A DNA stretch of 64,000 bases from Synergistales bacterium. Its GTDB lineage: Bacteria > Synergistota > Synergistia > Synergistales > JAFGMB01. Each line of letters begins with the position of its first letter. The first letter of the stretch is position 1. Position numbers and translations under genes: made by a program. The DNA lies in contig OY762654.1 in assembly GCA_963666205.1 (NCBI GenBank), positions 160,001 through 224,000 on the forward strand, given 5' to 3'. Positions 41,095 to 49,798 of the stretch are shown here, one piece after another. The notes beneath the pieces were generated by a model. The model made no database searches, was not told the origin of the DNA, and saw only the letters and a program-made list of their open reading frames with translations.

Positions 41095-42150
41095 CTAACC
41101 AAGTATCTTCTTGCATTCTGCCTCGATCTCTTCGACCGAGGGGGCAAGACCGCCGCAATGGCCAAAGAACGAGACAGGGTACTTGCATGCCGTTGCGATC
41201 TTTACATCATCTATCATCTGGCCCATATTCATTTCTATATCCAGAATATGCTTGGCAGATGCAGGTATTCTTTCAAAAGCTTCATACGGGAAGGGGAAAA
41301 GTGTAATGGGTCTTACCATACCGACCTTGTATCCTTCATTTCTGAGATGGCTGATCGCAGTTTTGGCGATCCTGGCAGAAGTACCGTATGATGCTATGAC
41401 AAGTTCAGCATCGTCCAGGTTCACAAGTTCGAACATAGTTTCCTCGTTTTTCATAGCAGCATATTTTTCCTGAAGATGGATATTGTGTTCTTCCAGGAGT
41501 TCAGGGGTAAGGTTCATGCTCTTGAGAAGACTTCTCTTATTACCTCTTTCCTTGAAATAACCGAGGGCCCAGCTTTCAACATTACCGCGATCAGTTTTGT
41601 GTTCCTTGATCTCGACCGGTTCCATCATCTGTCCCATAAAACCATCTGCAAGTATCATAACCGGGTTTCTGTATTTAAAAGCAAAATCCCATGCTGACTG
41701 GACCAGGTCTACCGCTTCCTGTAGGTTTCCCGGTGCGAACACCATCAGATTATAGTCTCCATTTCCACCACCCTTGGTAGCCTGCAGATAATCTGCCTGT
41801 GAAGGAAGGATACCCCCAAGTCCTGGTCCACCCCTCATAACATTTACAATAACACAGGGTAGTTCTGAACCGGCAAGGTAACTTATTCCCTCAGACATCA
41901 GGGAGATACCCGGGCTTGACGAGGATGTCATTACCTGACATCCGGTAGCTGCTGCACCAAGAACCATATTGATTGAGGCGACTTCGCTTTCACCCTGAAT
42001 ATAAATGCCCCCGTGCTCCGGTAAATGAGCAGACATATATTCAGGTATCTCATTCTGAGGTGTAATAGGATAACCAAAGAAATGAGTACATCCAGCCTGA
42101 ATAGCAGCTTCAGCGATAGCTTCAGAGCCCTTCATTAAAACTTTAGTCAT
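41095..42150 (-). CDS. vorB: 2-oxoacid:ferredoxin oxidoreductase alpha subunit (VorB type, branched-chain 2-oxoacids)
   Basis: GYPITPQ, SSSSPGISL, RGGPGLG, KGGGNGDY. Confidence 0.9.
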   Translation of the reverse strand: MTKVLMKGSEAIAEAAIQAGCTHFFGYPITPQNEIPEYMSAHLPEHGGIYIQGESEVASINMVLGAAATGCQVMTSSSSPGISLMSEGISYLAGSELPCVIVNVMRGGPGLGGILPSQADYLQATKGGGNGDYNLMVFAPGNLQEAVDLVQSAWDFAFKYRNPVMILADGFMGQMMEPVEIKEHKTDRGNVESWALGYFKERGNKRSLLKSMNLTPELLEEHNIHLQEKYAAMKNEETMFELVNLDDAELVIASYGTSARIAKTAISHLRNEGYKVGMVRPITLFPFPYEAFERIPASAKHILDIEMNMGQMIDDVKIATACKYPVSFFGHCGGLAPSVEEIEAECKKILG

Positions 42151-42170
42151 TAGTCAAATCCCCCCACAGA

Positions 42171-42389
42171 TTACTCTTCAGATATCCTGTAGACTTCGAT
42201 GGCTGCATCAGGACATGATATGGCACACATTCCGCATCCGATACAACCTTCCTTGTACTGCTCCACTGGCCTGTGTCCCTTCATGTTGATCCTGTCAGAG
42301 ATACGCAGGACCTTCACGGGGCAGGCAGCTACACAGAGTCCACAACTTTTGCAATAATCCTCAGAGACTTCGATACGTCCCTTTGCCAT
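42171..42389 (-). CDS. 2[4Fe-4S] ferredoxin delta subunit of the oxidoreductase
   Basis: CKSCGLCVAACP and CIGCGMCAISCP. Confidence 0.93.
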   Translation of the reverse strand: MAKGRIEVSEDYCKSCGLCVAACPVKVLRISDRINMKGHRPVEQYKEGCIGCGMCAISCPDAAIEVYRISEE

Positions 42390-42435
42390 TACAATAAACA
42401 CCCCTCTCACAATGTAGTTACTATATCAGCAGCGA

Positions 42436-43227
42436 TCAAGAGTGATCCTGCTGTTGGAGTATGATACTGCCATGGTTCTTTCGGGGTAGCCCCGTTGACC
42501 ACATTGCACCCCTTTCCCATGGGAGCAGCATATACCTTGAAACGGGCCAGAAGGGAATATCTTCCTTCCATGTTACTTTAAGTTGATCTACAAGTGTTGG
42601 AGATACTCCAGCATAGAGGACTGGAAGACCTTGTATGTCTCCTGCTTTTCTAACAATATCAAGGCCATGATATATGTCTTCAGCCGTTGTTTCAGACATG
42701 AGATGGGAATTACTTATCAGGGCTCCGACCTTGAGGTCACATATCTCTTCCATCTTCAAGATCATGTTCTGTATTCCCTCAACGCTGGAAGTCTGTGGGC
42801 GGAATGCATTAACTACCATGATAAGTAGATACCCTGCTTTTTTCATTCGGATTTCATACTGCTTTAAAGCCCGCGCACCGATGGCATCTCCGCCAATGTC
42901 CAGAAGTAGTTGGCTATCAGAATCAGAAAGAGCCCAATCCACCTGGGCAGTTACCAATGGCATATCGGACCACCTGGCTTTATCCGGGGCCATCAGAACT
43001 TTATAACCCTTTGATTCAAGGGTTTCATAAACCTGTCTTATGCAGAAATAAGGATTTATTATATCTACATCTGCGATAGTAATCTTCTCAACCATTGTCT
43101 TAAATGCCAGAGCCAGATTAAGTACCCATTCAGTCTTACCACAACCAAGGGCACCAGTAACTGCAACAGCCCTGGGCCATTCATATCTCTGGATAAGATC
43201 CCTGAACATATCACGTTCTAAACTCAT
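42436..43227 (-). CDS. Uncharacterised P-loop NTPase (SIMIBI/MinD-CobQ-like) upstream of the Vor genes
   Basis: GALGCGKT, DVDIINPYF, DIGGD, VVNAFRP, NSHL. Confidence 0.8.
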   Translation of the reverse strand: MSLERDMFRDLIQRYEWPRAVAVTGALGCGKTEWVLNLALAFKTMVEKITIADVDIINPYFCIRQVYETLESKGYKVLMAPDKARWSDMPLVTAQVDWALSDSDSQLLLDIGGDAIGARALKQYEIRMKKAGYLLIMVVNAFRPQTSSVEGIQNMILKMEEICDLKVGALISNSHLMSETTAEDIYHGLDIVRKAGDIQGLPVLYAGVSPTLVDQLKVTWKEDIPFWPVSRYMLLPWERGAMWSTGLPRKNHGSIILQQQDHS

Positions 43228-44150
43228 AGAATATTATCTCCTTTTACCAGTCTTGCACCTCTTGCCCAGGATGCAGCGTCCATACGGTTTTTCCCTTCGG
43301 GTTGCACACTCATAATTAAAATGCAACCCTGAATGGTTGAGATAACTGGTCTGTCTTCAATAAAATCAACTATGGTACCCGGGTCACCCTGTAGAGGGAT
43401 CAGTGATGTCTGCCATATCTTGACTCTTTTACCCTTTACACAAATATATGCTCCAGGTTCCGGGTTCAATGCACGTACTTTATTGTGAAAAGTCTCCGCA
43501 TTTTCCATAAAATCGAGGCGGGCCTCTTCATTTCGTATTTTAGGTGCAAAAGTTGCAAGAGAATGGTCTTGTTGTAAAAAACTGGTATTTTTCGGAATAT
43601 AGTTGTTAATTGCATCTAATAATAACACACATCCCATATCAGCCAAGTCTGAAAGAAGATCTCCCGATGTAATATTATTTTCTATAAGGTGGGAAGCTTG
43701 TGAAAGGATAGGTCCGGAATCCATGGTTTCAGACAGTCTGAAAAGGGTAACACCTGTAAATTTCCTTCCTTCCATGATCGCGCGTTGGACGGGAGCCGCA
43801 CCCCGGTATTCAGGAAGCAGGGATGGATGGATGTTAAGACATCCCAGTTCTGAAAAGTCGAGAAACGGGTTAAGTATCTTCTGTCCAAAATCAATCACCA
43901 CAATCGCCAGGGGGGGGGTATCCTTAAGCATTTTCAAAAGGATGGGATCCGTGGACATGGAAGAAGTGTGGTGGAGAGAAAGACCAAGGGAAAGGGCAAG
44001 AATTTCAACTGGGGTGGGCTTAAGTTTCATTCCACGCCCCGCCCTTTTGGGGTAGGCTGTAATTATGATATGGGGTTTTTTCTCTGCGCTGATGATCCTG
44101 AGACACTCTGAAGCGAAGGGACCTGAACCGGCAAACCAGATCTTGTCCAT
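43224..44150 (-). CDS. fmt: Methionyl-tRNA formyltransferase
   Basis: AGRG..PTPV, NIHPSLLPEYRGAAP, MDSGP; next to def. Confidence 0.95.
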   Translation of the reverse strand: MDKIWFAGSGPFASECLRIISAEKKPHIIITAYPKRAGRGMKLKPTPVEILALSLGLSLHHTSSMSTDPILLKMLKDTPPLAIVVIDFGQKILNPFLDFSELGCLNIHPSLLPEYRGAAPVQRAIMEGRKFTGVTLFRLSETMDSGPILSQASHLIENNITSGDLLSDLADMGCVLLLDAINNYIPKNTSFLQQDHSLATFAPKIRNEEARLDFMENAETFHNKVRALNPEPGAYICVKGKRVKIWQTSLIPLQGDPGTIVDFIEDRPVISTIQGCILIMSVQPEGKNRMDAASWARGARLVKGDNIL

Positions 44151-44155
44151 CTTTT

Positions 44156-44656
44156 TTAATTATCCCTGCGCTTTCTTAGCATTTTTTTTCTGGCCATACT
44201 CTTTTTCAGGGGAGAAAAATGATCGATCAGCAACCTCCCGTTAAGATGGTCGATTTCATGACAGAAAACCCTGGCAAGAAAGTCTTCAACATCTACAATT
44301 TGTTCCACGCCATTCATGTCGAGATATTTAACCCTGATCTTTGCAGGTCTGATGACATTTCCATAAATACCTGGAAAACTGAGACATCCTTCTTCTGCCT
44401 CCTGTACACCCTCTTCTTTCAGAATAACAGGGTTGACCAGAGTATAATGAGTTCCTTCATAAAATATTACTGCAAGTTTCATAGACAGTCCTATTTGAGG
44501 GGCAGCCAGACCTACTCCATCTCCCTCAAGCATGATCTCTTTCATTTCTTCTACAAGGGATTTGAGTTCTTCACCAAAACTGGTTATTGGAGCAGTTTCT
44601 CTGCGCAGTACAGTGTCAGGATAGGTACAGATAACGGTTTTAGACATCTGTGGCAT
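44156..44656 (-). CDS. def: Peptide deformylase
   Basis: GVGLAAPQ, EGCLS, HEIDHL. Confidence 0.97.
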   Translation of the reverse strand: MPQMSKTVICTYPDTVLRRETAPITSFGEELKSLVEEMKEIMLEGDGVGLAAPQIGLSMKLAVIFYEGTHYTLVNPVILKEEGVQEAEEGCLSFPGIYGNVIRPAKIRVKYLDMNGVEQIVDVEDFLARVFCHEIDHLNGRLLIDHFSPLKKSMARKKMLRKRRDN

Positions 44657-44680
44657 TCACCTTCCAGGGGGTTATATAGT

Positions 44681-44715
44681 AAAAGGGGCCAGGCCATCCC
44701 AAGGGGACGGCCTGG
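44681..44715 (-). terminator. Hairpin downstream of rpsA
   Basis: CCAGGCC(A)TCCC / GGGA(C)GGCCTGG stem followed by CCCCTTTT on the minus strand. Confidence 0.5.
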
Positions 44716-44722
44716 TTGACCA

Positions 44723-46234
44723 TTATTGATTCATCATATCTTTGAGAACATCTCCAATTGTGATGGAAGTATCTTCCTGAACTGTAACCGTTTTATGTTT
44801 TTCAGTTTCAGAGTGTCTTTTTTTACGTTCCCCGTCTCTCTTTTTCTTAACTTCCTGTTCCTGAAGGGCACTGATACTTAGTCTCATTCTTCGTTCAGCA
44901 GGATTTACTTCAATTACTCTTGCTGTAACTTCCTGCCCTTCTTCGAGTACATCTTTTGGAGTTTCCACTCTTCGGTTGCTTAGCTGGGAGATATGAATAA
45001 GGCCTTCCACACCTTCTTCGATCTCTACAAATGCACCAAAATCAGCAAGTCTCACGACTTTGACCTGGATATCTGAACCCTTACCATAACGATCCTCTAT
45101 GCCGCTCCATGGATCATGCAGTTGCTTGTAACCAAGGCTGATACGCTTTTTGTCACCATCAACCTCCAGTACCACAACATCGACCTTTTCGCCTTTTTTC
45201 AGGACTTCCTTGGGATGCTTGATACGGGACCAGCTGAGATCTCCAATGTGAATAAGACCTTCTATCCCATCCTGGACCTCGACAAAGGCTCCGAAGTCGG
45301 TTACGTTAGTAACGATTCCCTCAAGTTGGTCTCCTGCTTTTATGTTTTCATTGACAACCGTCCAGGGATCAGGAAGCGTCTGTTTGAGACTAAGAGAGAT
45401 CCTGTTATTTTCCTTATCGATCCCGATAACTTTAACCTTTATATGGTCTCCTTTTTTAAGGATATCCTTGGGTTTGGCGTTCCTCTTCCAGGAAAGTTCG
45501 CTTATGTGGATGAGACCGTCGATACATCCGAGATTAACGAAAGACCCAAAGGAAGTTATACTACTGACTGTACCTTCAAGAATATCGCCCTCGGAAGTTG
45601 ATTCATAAAATCTTTCTCTAAGAGATGAAAGGTCTTCTTCAAGCAGAGATCTTCTGGAAAGGACAAGTCTTCTCTTTCTTTTGTCTTTTTCAAGAAGTTT
45701 GACATCGAAAACATCATCAACAAAGCGTCCAGGATTGACTCCTCTGCCTTCTTCTGCAAGATGGGAGATCGGCACAAAGCCTTCCAGTGAACAGCAATTG
45801 ACCATCAGGCCTCCCTTGACTTTTCTCAGTCCCCTTACGGAAATGGGTTCTCCGGCGGAGGCAAGTTCCTCAAGCTGATTCCAGCGACGGTCAAACTCAC
45901 ATCTCCAACGGCTGACGATCAGCTGTGATTCTTCACCCCGACGGACATTGATCACCTGGACTTCCACTTCATCACCGATCTGGGGTTTCTTGGACTCCTC
46001 TACCAGTACTCTGTGACTCCATTCATGGGCAGGTAGAGATCCTTCACACTTATAACCCACATCAACAAGCCAGCCATCTTCATTGCTTTCGACTATAGTA
46101 CCCTTGACGACTTTCCCTTTGTGGATCTCTTCAACTTCATAATCCTGAAGCATGCTTTCCATGCTTTCAAGATTATCGGCTGTTTCACCTCCAAGCATTT
46201 CTTCTTCACTGTTATTGATCATTTCATCAGTCAT
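44723..46234 (-). CDS. rpsA: 30S ribosomal protein S1 (five S1 repeats)
   Basis: Repeated FGAFV..GLIHIS..LS S1 motifs. Confidence 0.95.
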   Translation of the reverse strand: MTDEMINNSEEEMLGGETADNLESMESMLQDYEVEEIHKGKVVKGTIVESNEDGWLVDVGYKCEGSLPAHEWSHRVLVEESKKPQIGDEVEVQVINVRRGEESQLIVSRWRCEFDRRWNQLEELASAGEPISVRGLRKVKGGLMVNCCSLEGFVPISHLAEEGRGVNPGRFVDDVFDVKLLEKDKRKRRLVLSRRSLLEEDLSSLRERFYESTSEGDILEGTVSSITSFGSFVNLGCIDGLIHISELSWKRNAKPKDILKKGDHIKVKVIGIDKENNRISLSLKQTLPDPWTVVNENIKAGDQLEGIVTNVTDFGAFVEVQDGIEGLIHIGDLSWSRIKHPKEVLKKGEKVDVVVLEVDGDKKRISLGYKQLHDPWSGIEDRYGKGSDIQVKVVRLADFGAFVEIEEGVEGLIHISQLSNRRVETPKDVLEEGQEVTARVIEVNPAERRMRLSISALQEQEVKKKRDGERKKRHSETEKHKTVTVQEDTSITIGDVLKDMMNQ

Positions 46235-46257
46235 ACTTTTCCAGCCCCCTTGACTAC

Positions 46258-47091
46258 CTATAAGTTGCTTAAAAGAATTTGTACTTCATTTATTAACCAA
46301 TCCGGTGTACTAGCTCCTGCAGCAATACCTGTACGTTCTTTATCGATCAACCAGGTCCTGTCAATTTCGTCCGCCTGTTCAATCCAGAGAACATCTACAC
46401 CGTGGGATCCTGCTATGTCAACAAGTCTAGCAGTGTTAGCACTGTTCCGTCCTCCGATAACGATTATGGCATCAACTTCATTTGCAAGCTTCCGAATAGC
46501 ATTCTGCCTTTCAACTGTTGCTTTACATATTGTATTATACACTTTGACCTCTTTTGCGCATTTGACCATAACTGTTACAGCTTCAGTAAAGGATTCTTCT
46601 TCCTGAGTCGTCTGTGACACCAGACCTATTTTTTCTCTGTTACAATAACATTCAGCTTCAGCATATGAACGTACTACATGGCATTCACCAGTTACAAATC
46701 CTTTGATAGCCTTTATCTCCGGATGATCTGGATCTCCGAAGATAAGAACCGCATAACCTTCGGCAGAAAGATCCCGCGCTTTTGTCTGAGCATTTGTGAC
46801 AAAAGGACATGTGCCGTCAATAATTATGCAGTTGTTATCACTGAGATAAGAATAAGTGACGGAATCAACCCCATGAGCACGAATAAAAACTACTGAACCC
46901 GCAGGAATCTCATTAACTGAATTAACAACGATCAGCCCCGCCCTCTCAAGCCTTGAAACTTCCTGAGGGTTATGAATCGGACTTCCAGTAGAATAGACTT
47001 TCCCATGCTGCCTGAGTGCCGTCTCCAGACTGTGTATGGCTCTTTTAACACCGAAACAGAAACCCGTGGGATTTGCAAGAATAACTTCCAC
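46258..47091 (-). CDS. ispH: 4-hydroxy-3-methylbut-2-enyl diphosphate reductase
   Basis: GFCFGVKRA, DGTCPFV, TICKAT, SANT, AGASTP. Confidence 0.97.
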   Translation of the reverse strand: MEVILANPTGFCFGVKRAIHSLETALRQHGKVYSTGSPIHNPQEVSRLERAGLIVVNSVNEIPAGSVVFIRAHGVDSVTYSYLSDNNCIIIDGTCPFVTNAQTKARDLSAEGYAVLIFGDPDHPEIKAIKGFVTGECHVVRSYAEAECYCNREKIGLVSQTTQEEESFTEAVTVMVKCAKEVKVYNTICKATVERQNAIRKLANEVDAIIVIGGRNSANTARLVDIAGSHGVDVLWIEQADEIDRTWLIDKERTGIAAGASTPDWLINEVQILLSNL

Positions 47092-47093
47092 GC

Positions 47094-48053
47094 TCAGGAC
47101 TGACCCCTCTCAAAGTGTTCTTTTGAAGCATTCAGAAGATTCTGGAGAAGAACGCCGGAATCCAGAACAGAAGTATCATACCACATTGAAGGCTGGAAAT
47201 GCTTAAACCAGGTCATCTGTCTCCGGGAAAAGGCTTTTGTCGCCCTGATATCACCTTCTATTGCTTCATCAAGGCACATCTTACCTTCCAGGTACTGAAC
47301 AATCTCTCTGTAACCAAAACCCTGCATTGACGGTAATTCTTTACCAAATCCATTTCCAAGAAGCCATTCTACTTCTTCCACATACCCTGATGCAAACTGT
47401 TCTTTTACCCTTCTTGAAATGATTTCATAAAGATCAACCCTTGGTCTGTTAAGCCCAAGATAGAGAAAATCATACTTGGGAGTACTGGTATTATCCTGTG
47501 AGTACCACCAGGAAAGACTTTTGCCAGTTATATGGTAGACTTCTAGTGCACGGACCACTCTTCTGAGATCATTAAAATGAAGTCTTTGGGCTGTTGATGG
47601 ATCTATCTTTTCAAGTAGTTCATGTAGATAGGTTCTTCCCAGCTCCCTGGCCTTCGCTTCAAAATGATCCCTTATTTCAGGATCTGAGGGAAGATCCTGA
47701 GAAATGATACCTTCAAAAAGAGCCTTGTAATAAAAGGGAGTTCCCCCTACAAACAAAGGTACCTTATTCCGTGAAAAGATCCTTTTTACAGCATCATCAA
47801 CCATCCTTACAAAATCGATCACTGTAAAATGTTCATCCGGGTCGGCTACATCTATAAGATGATGGATGATCTTTCTCCTGGTCTCTGGAGATACTTTATC
47901 AGTGCCAACATCAAGAAACCGATAGACCTGCCTGGAATCGACAGAAATGATCTCTGCATTCAGTTCTTCAGCTATCCTCAGGCTCAGACCGGTCTTTCCC
48001 ACAGCAGTCGGTCCAATAATTGCCACTGCTGGATAGAGTTTATGTTCTGACAT
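47094..48053 (-). CDS. miaA: tRNA dimethylallyltransferase
   Basis: GPTAVGKT, DSRQVY, GTDK, RRVVRALE, RRQMTWF. Confidence 0.97.
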   Translation of the reverse strand: MSEHKLYPAVAIIGPTAVGKTGLSLRIAEELNAEIISVDSRQVYRFLDVGTDKVSPETRRKIIHHLIDVADPDEHFTVIDFVRMVDDAVKRIFSRNKVPLFVGGTPFYYKALFEGIISQDLPSDPEIRDHFEAKARELGRTYLHELLEKIDPSTAQRLHFNDLRRVVRALEVYHITGKSLSWWYSQDNTSTPKYDFLYLGLNRPRVDLYEIISRRVKEQFASGYVEEVEWLLGNGFGKELPSMQGFGYREIVQYLEGKMCLDEAIEGDIRATKAFSRRQMTWFKHFQPSMWYDTSVLDSGVLLQNLLNASKEHFERGQS

Positions 48054-48061
48054 TATTAACG

Positions 48062-49798
48062 CTACCTCCCGAAATAATGTAAGAGGTTGCCTTCGGAGAT
48101 CTCAAGCAAAGTTGGTCTGCCATGAGGACAGGCATAGGGGTTATCACAAGCCATAAGATCCCTCCACAAGGCAAGGGCCTCTGTTGAAGTCAGCCTGGTC
48201 GTTAGTTTCACGGAAGCCTTGCAGGCCATGGTTGTCCACTTAAACCATACTGCACCGTCCACTATCGGGCTGGAGCCCTCATTCCAGGTCATGATAAGGG
48301 ATGATAGGTATTCGAAAGGATTTTCTGTAAGTTCTCCAAGGCACTGGGGAATAGACTTGAGGAACAATCCTTCATTGGTGATATCAAACCCAAACCCTGA
48401 TTTTTCAAGGGCTTCCATGTACTCCATGACATCATCCCGGAATTGTTGGGGTATTTCTAGACGAATGGCAAGAGGAACAGGGGATCTTCCTGTACCTGAA
48501 CGGTTACGTATCTTTTCAAAGGTCACTCTTTCATGAGCAGCATGGTGATCCATCAGGAAAAGAGAGCCCGCTGATTCAAAGAGAAGATAACCAATCGCAA
48601 GCTGTCCGAAAAAGGTAACCTCCCCATCTGGATAAGAAGCATATGTATCGTTTTCAATATAACCGGTGGCGTAAACCTCACCGTTTTCCATTTTACTGCC
48701 GGGAAAGCTTTGGGCAACCCTTGAAAAAAGGGGTGTATCTGCTGTTCTGTTCAGACAAGACCTTTCCCCGGTTCGTGATCCAGAAAATAATTCTTTTGCT
48801 GAACAATGGGGATCAAGGGGAAAGGGAACAATATTTACAGAATTCTTGCCGAGAAGTTCTGATGCTGTTTCACGTACAGTATCAAATATTTCTCTGGAAT
48901 ACCTGAATCTGACTTCTGTTTTAGCAGGATGGATATTAACGTCCACGTGATCAGAAGGAATAGTGATAAAGAGAGCAACGTTAGCAGAGATCTCTCCGAG
49001 GGCTGAATGCAGGGCAGCTTTGATCATCGAATCCTGGATGATCCTGTTGTTTACAAATGACTGGACCATCAGTTTCTTTTTCCCAGGCTGTTTCTGGATC
49101 CAGCAATCGATTGAAACCGGTCCTGTTTTATGATGGTTAATGAGTATTTCGGGTTCATAGCTCCACAGAAGTTCAAGGATATCCCTGCGTGTGGTTTTAC
49201 CCCTGGATGATAGGGTTATCTTTCCATCATGTATTAGTTGAAAATCGATCTCGGGGTATGAAAGGCAAAAGGCGCGTATGAGCTGGCTTATTCGCCTGAA
49301 TTCAGCAACTGTGCTTTTCAGGAACTTTCTCCTTGCAGGAAGGTTATAGAAGAGATCATCAACCTGTATACGGGTTCCATGAGTCCAATTGACATCTCTT
49401 ATGGAAAGAACAGAACCAGCCTCTGCCTGGAGAAGAGAACCTTTTTCCATATCAGCTGTCCTGCTGCGCATATCAAGTCGGCTTACTGCGGAAATACTGG
49501 CAAGAGCTTCACCTCTGAAACCCAGTGTATGAATATTCTCAAGATCTTCAAGTTTTTCTATTTTGCTGGTAGCATGGCGTTGTAAAGAAACCTTCATATC
49601 TTCCTTTTCCATACCCTGACCATTGTCTTCAACAACTATCCTGGTCTTGCCACCCTGTAACAGTGTAACATTTATCACTGTACTGAAAGCATCGATAGAA
49701 TTCTCGACAAGTTCTTTTATAACTGCAGCAGGACCCTCTATAACTTCACCTGCAGCTATCCTTGATGCAAGATCTACAGGGAGTACCCTGATCTTCAT
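48062..49798 (-). CDS. mutL: DNA mismatch repair protein MutL (endonuclease type)
   Basis: IAAGEV, GFRGEAL, DVNIHPAK, DHHAAHE, ACK, CPHGRP. Confidence 0.96.
   Translation of the reverse strand: MKIRVLPVDLASRIAAGEVIEGPAAVIKELVENSIDAFSTVINVTLLQGGKTRIVVEDNGQGMEKEDMKVSLQRHATSKIEKLEDLENIHTLGFRGEALASISAVSRLDMRSRTADMEKGSLLQAEAGSVLSIRDVNWTHGTRIQVDDLFYNLPARRKFLKSTVAEFRRISQLIRAFCLSYPEIDFQLIHDGKITLSSRGKTTRRDILELLWSYEPEILINHHKTGPVSIDCWIQKQPGKKKLMVQSFVNNRIIQDSMIKAALHSALGEISANVALFITIPSDHVDVNIHPAKTEVRFRYSREIFDTVRETASELLGKNSVNIVPFPLDPHCSAKELFSGSRTGERSCLNRTADTPLFSRVAQSFPGSKMENGEVYATGYIENDTYASYPDGEVTFFGQLAIGYLLFESAGSLFLMDHHAAHERVTFEKIRNRSGTGRSPVPLAIRLEIPQQFRDDVMEYMEALEKSGFGFDITNEGLFLKSIPQCLGELTENPFEYLSSLIMTWNEGSSPIVDGAVWFKWTTMACKASVKLTTRLTSTEALALWRDLMACDNPYACPHGRPTLLEISEGNLLHYFGR

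Noticed and set aside
48520..48560. MutL endonuclease motif reads DHHAAHE rather than DQHAAHE
   Set aside because: The metal-binding D/H/E, ACK and CPHGRP residues are intact, so this is likely a tolerated variant.
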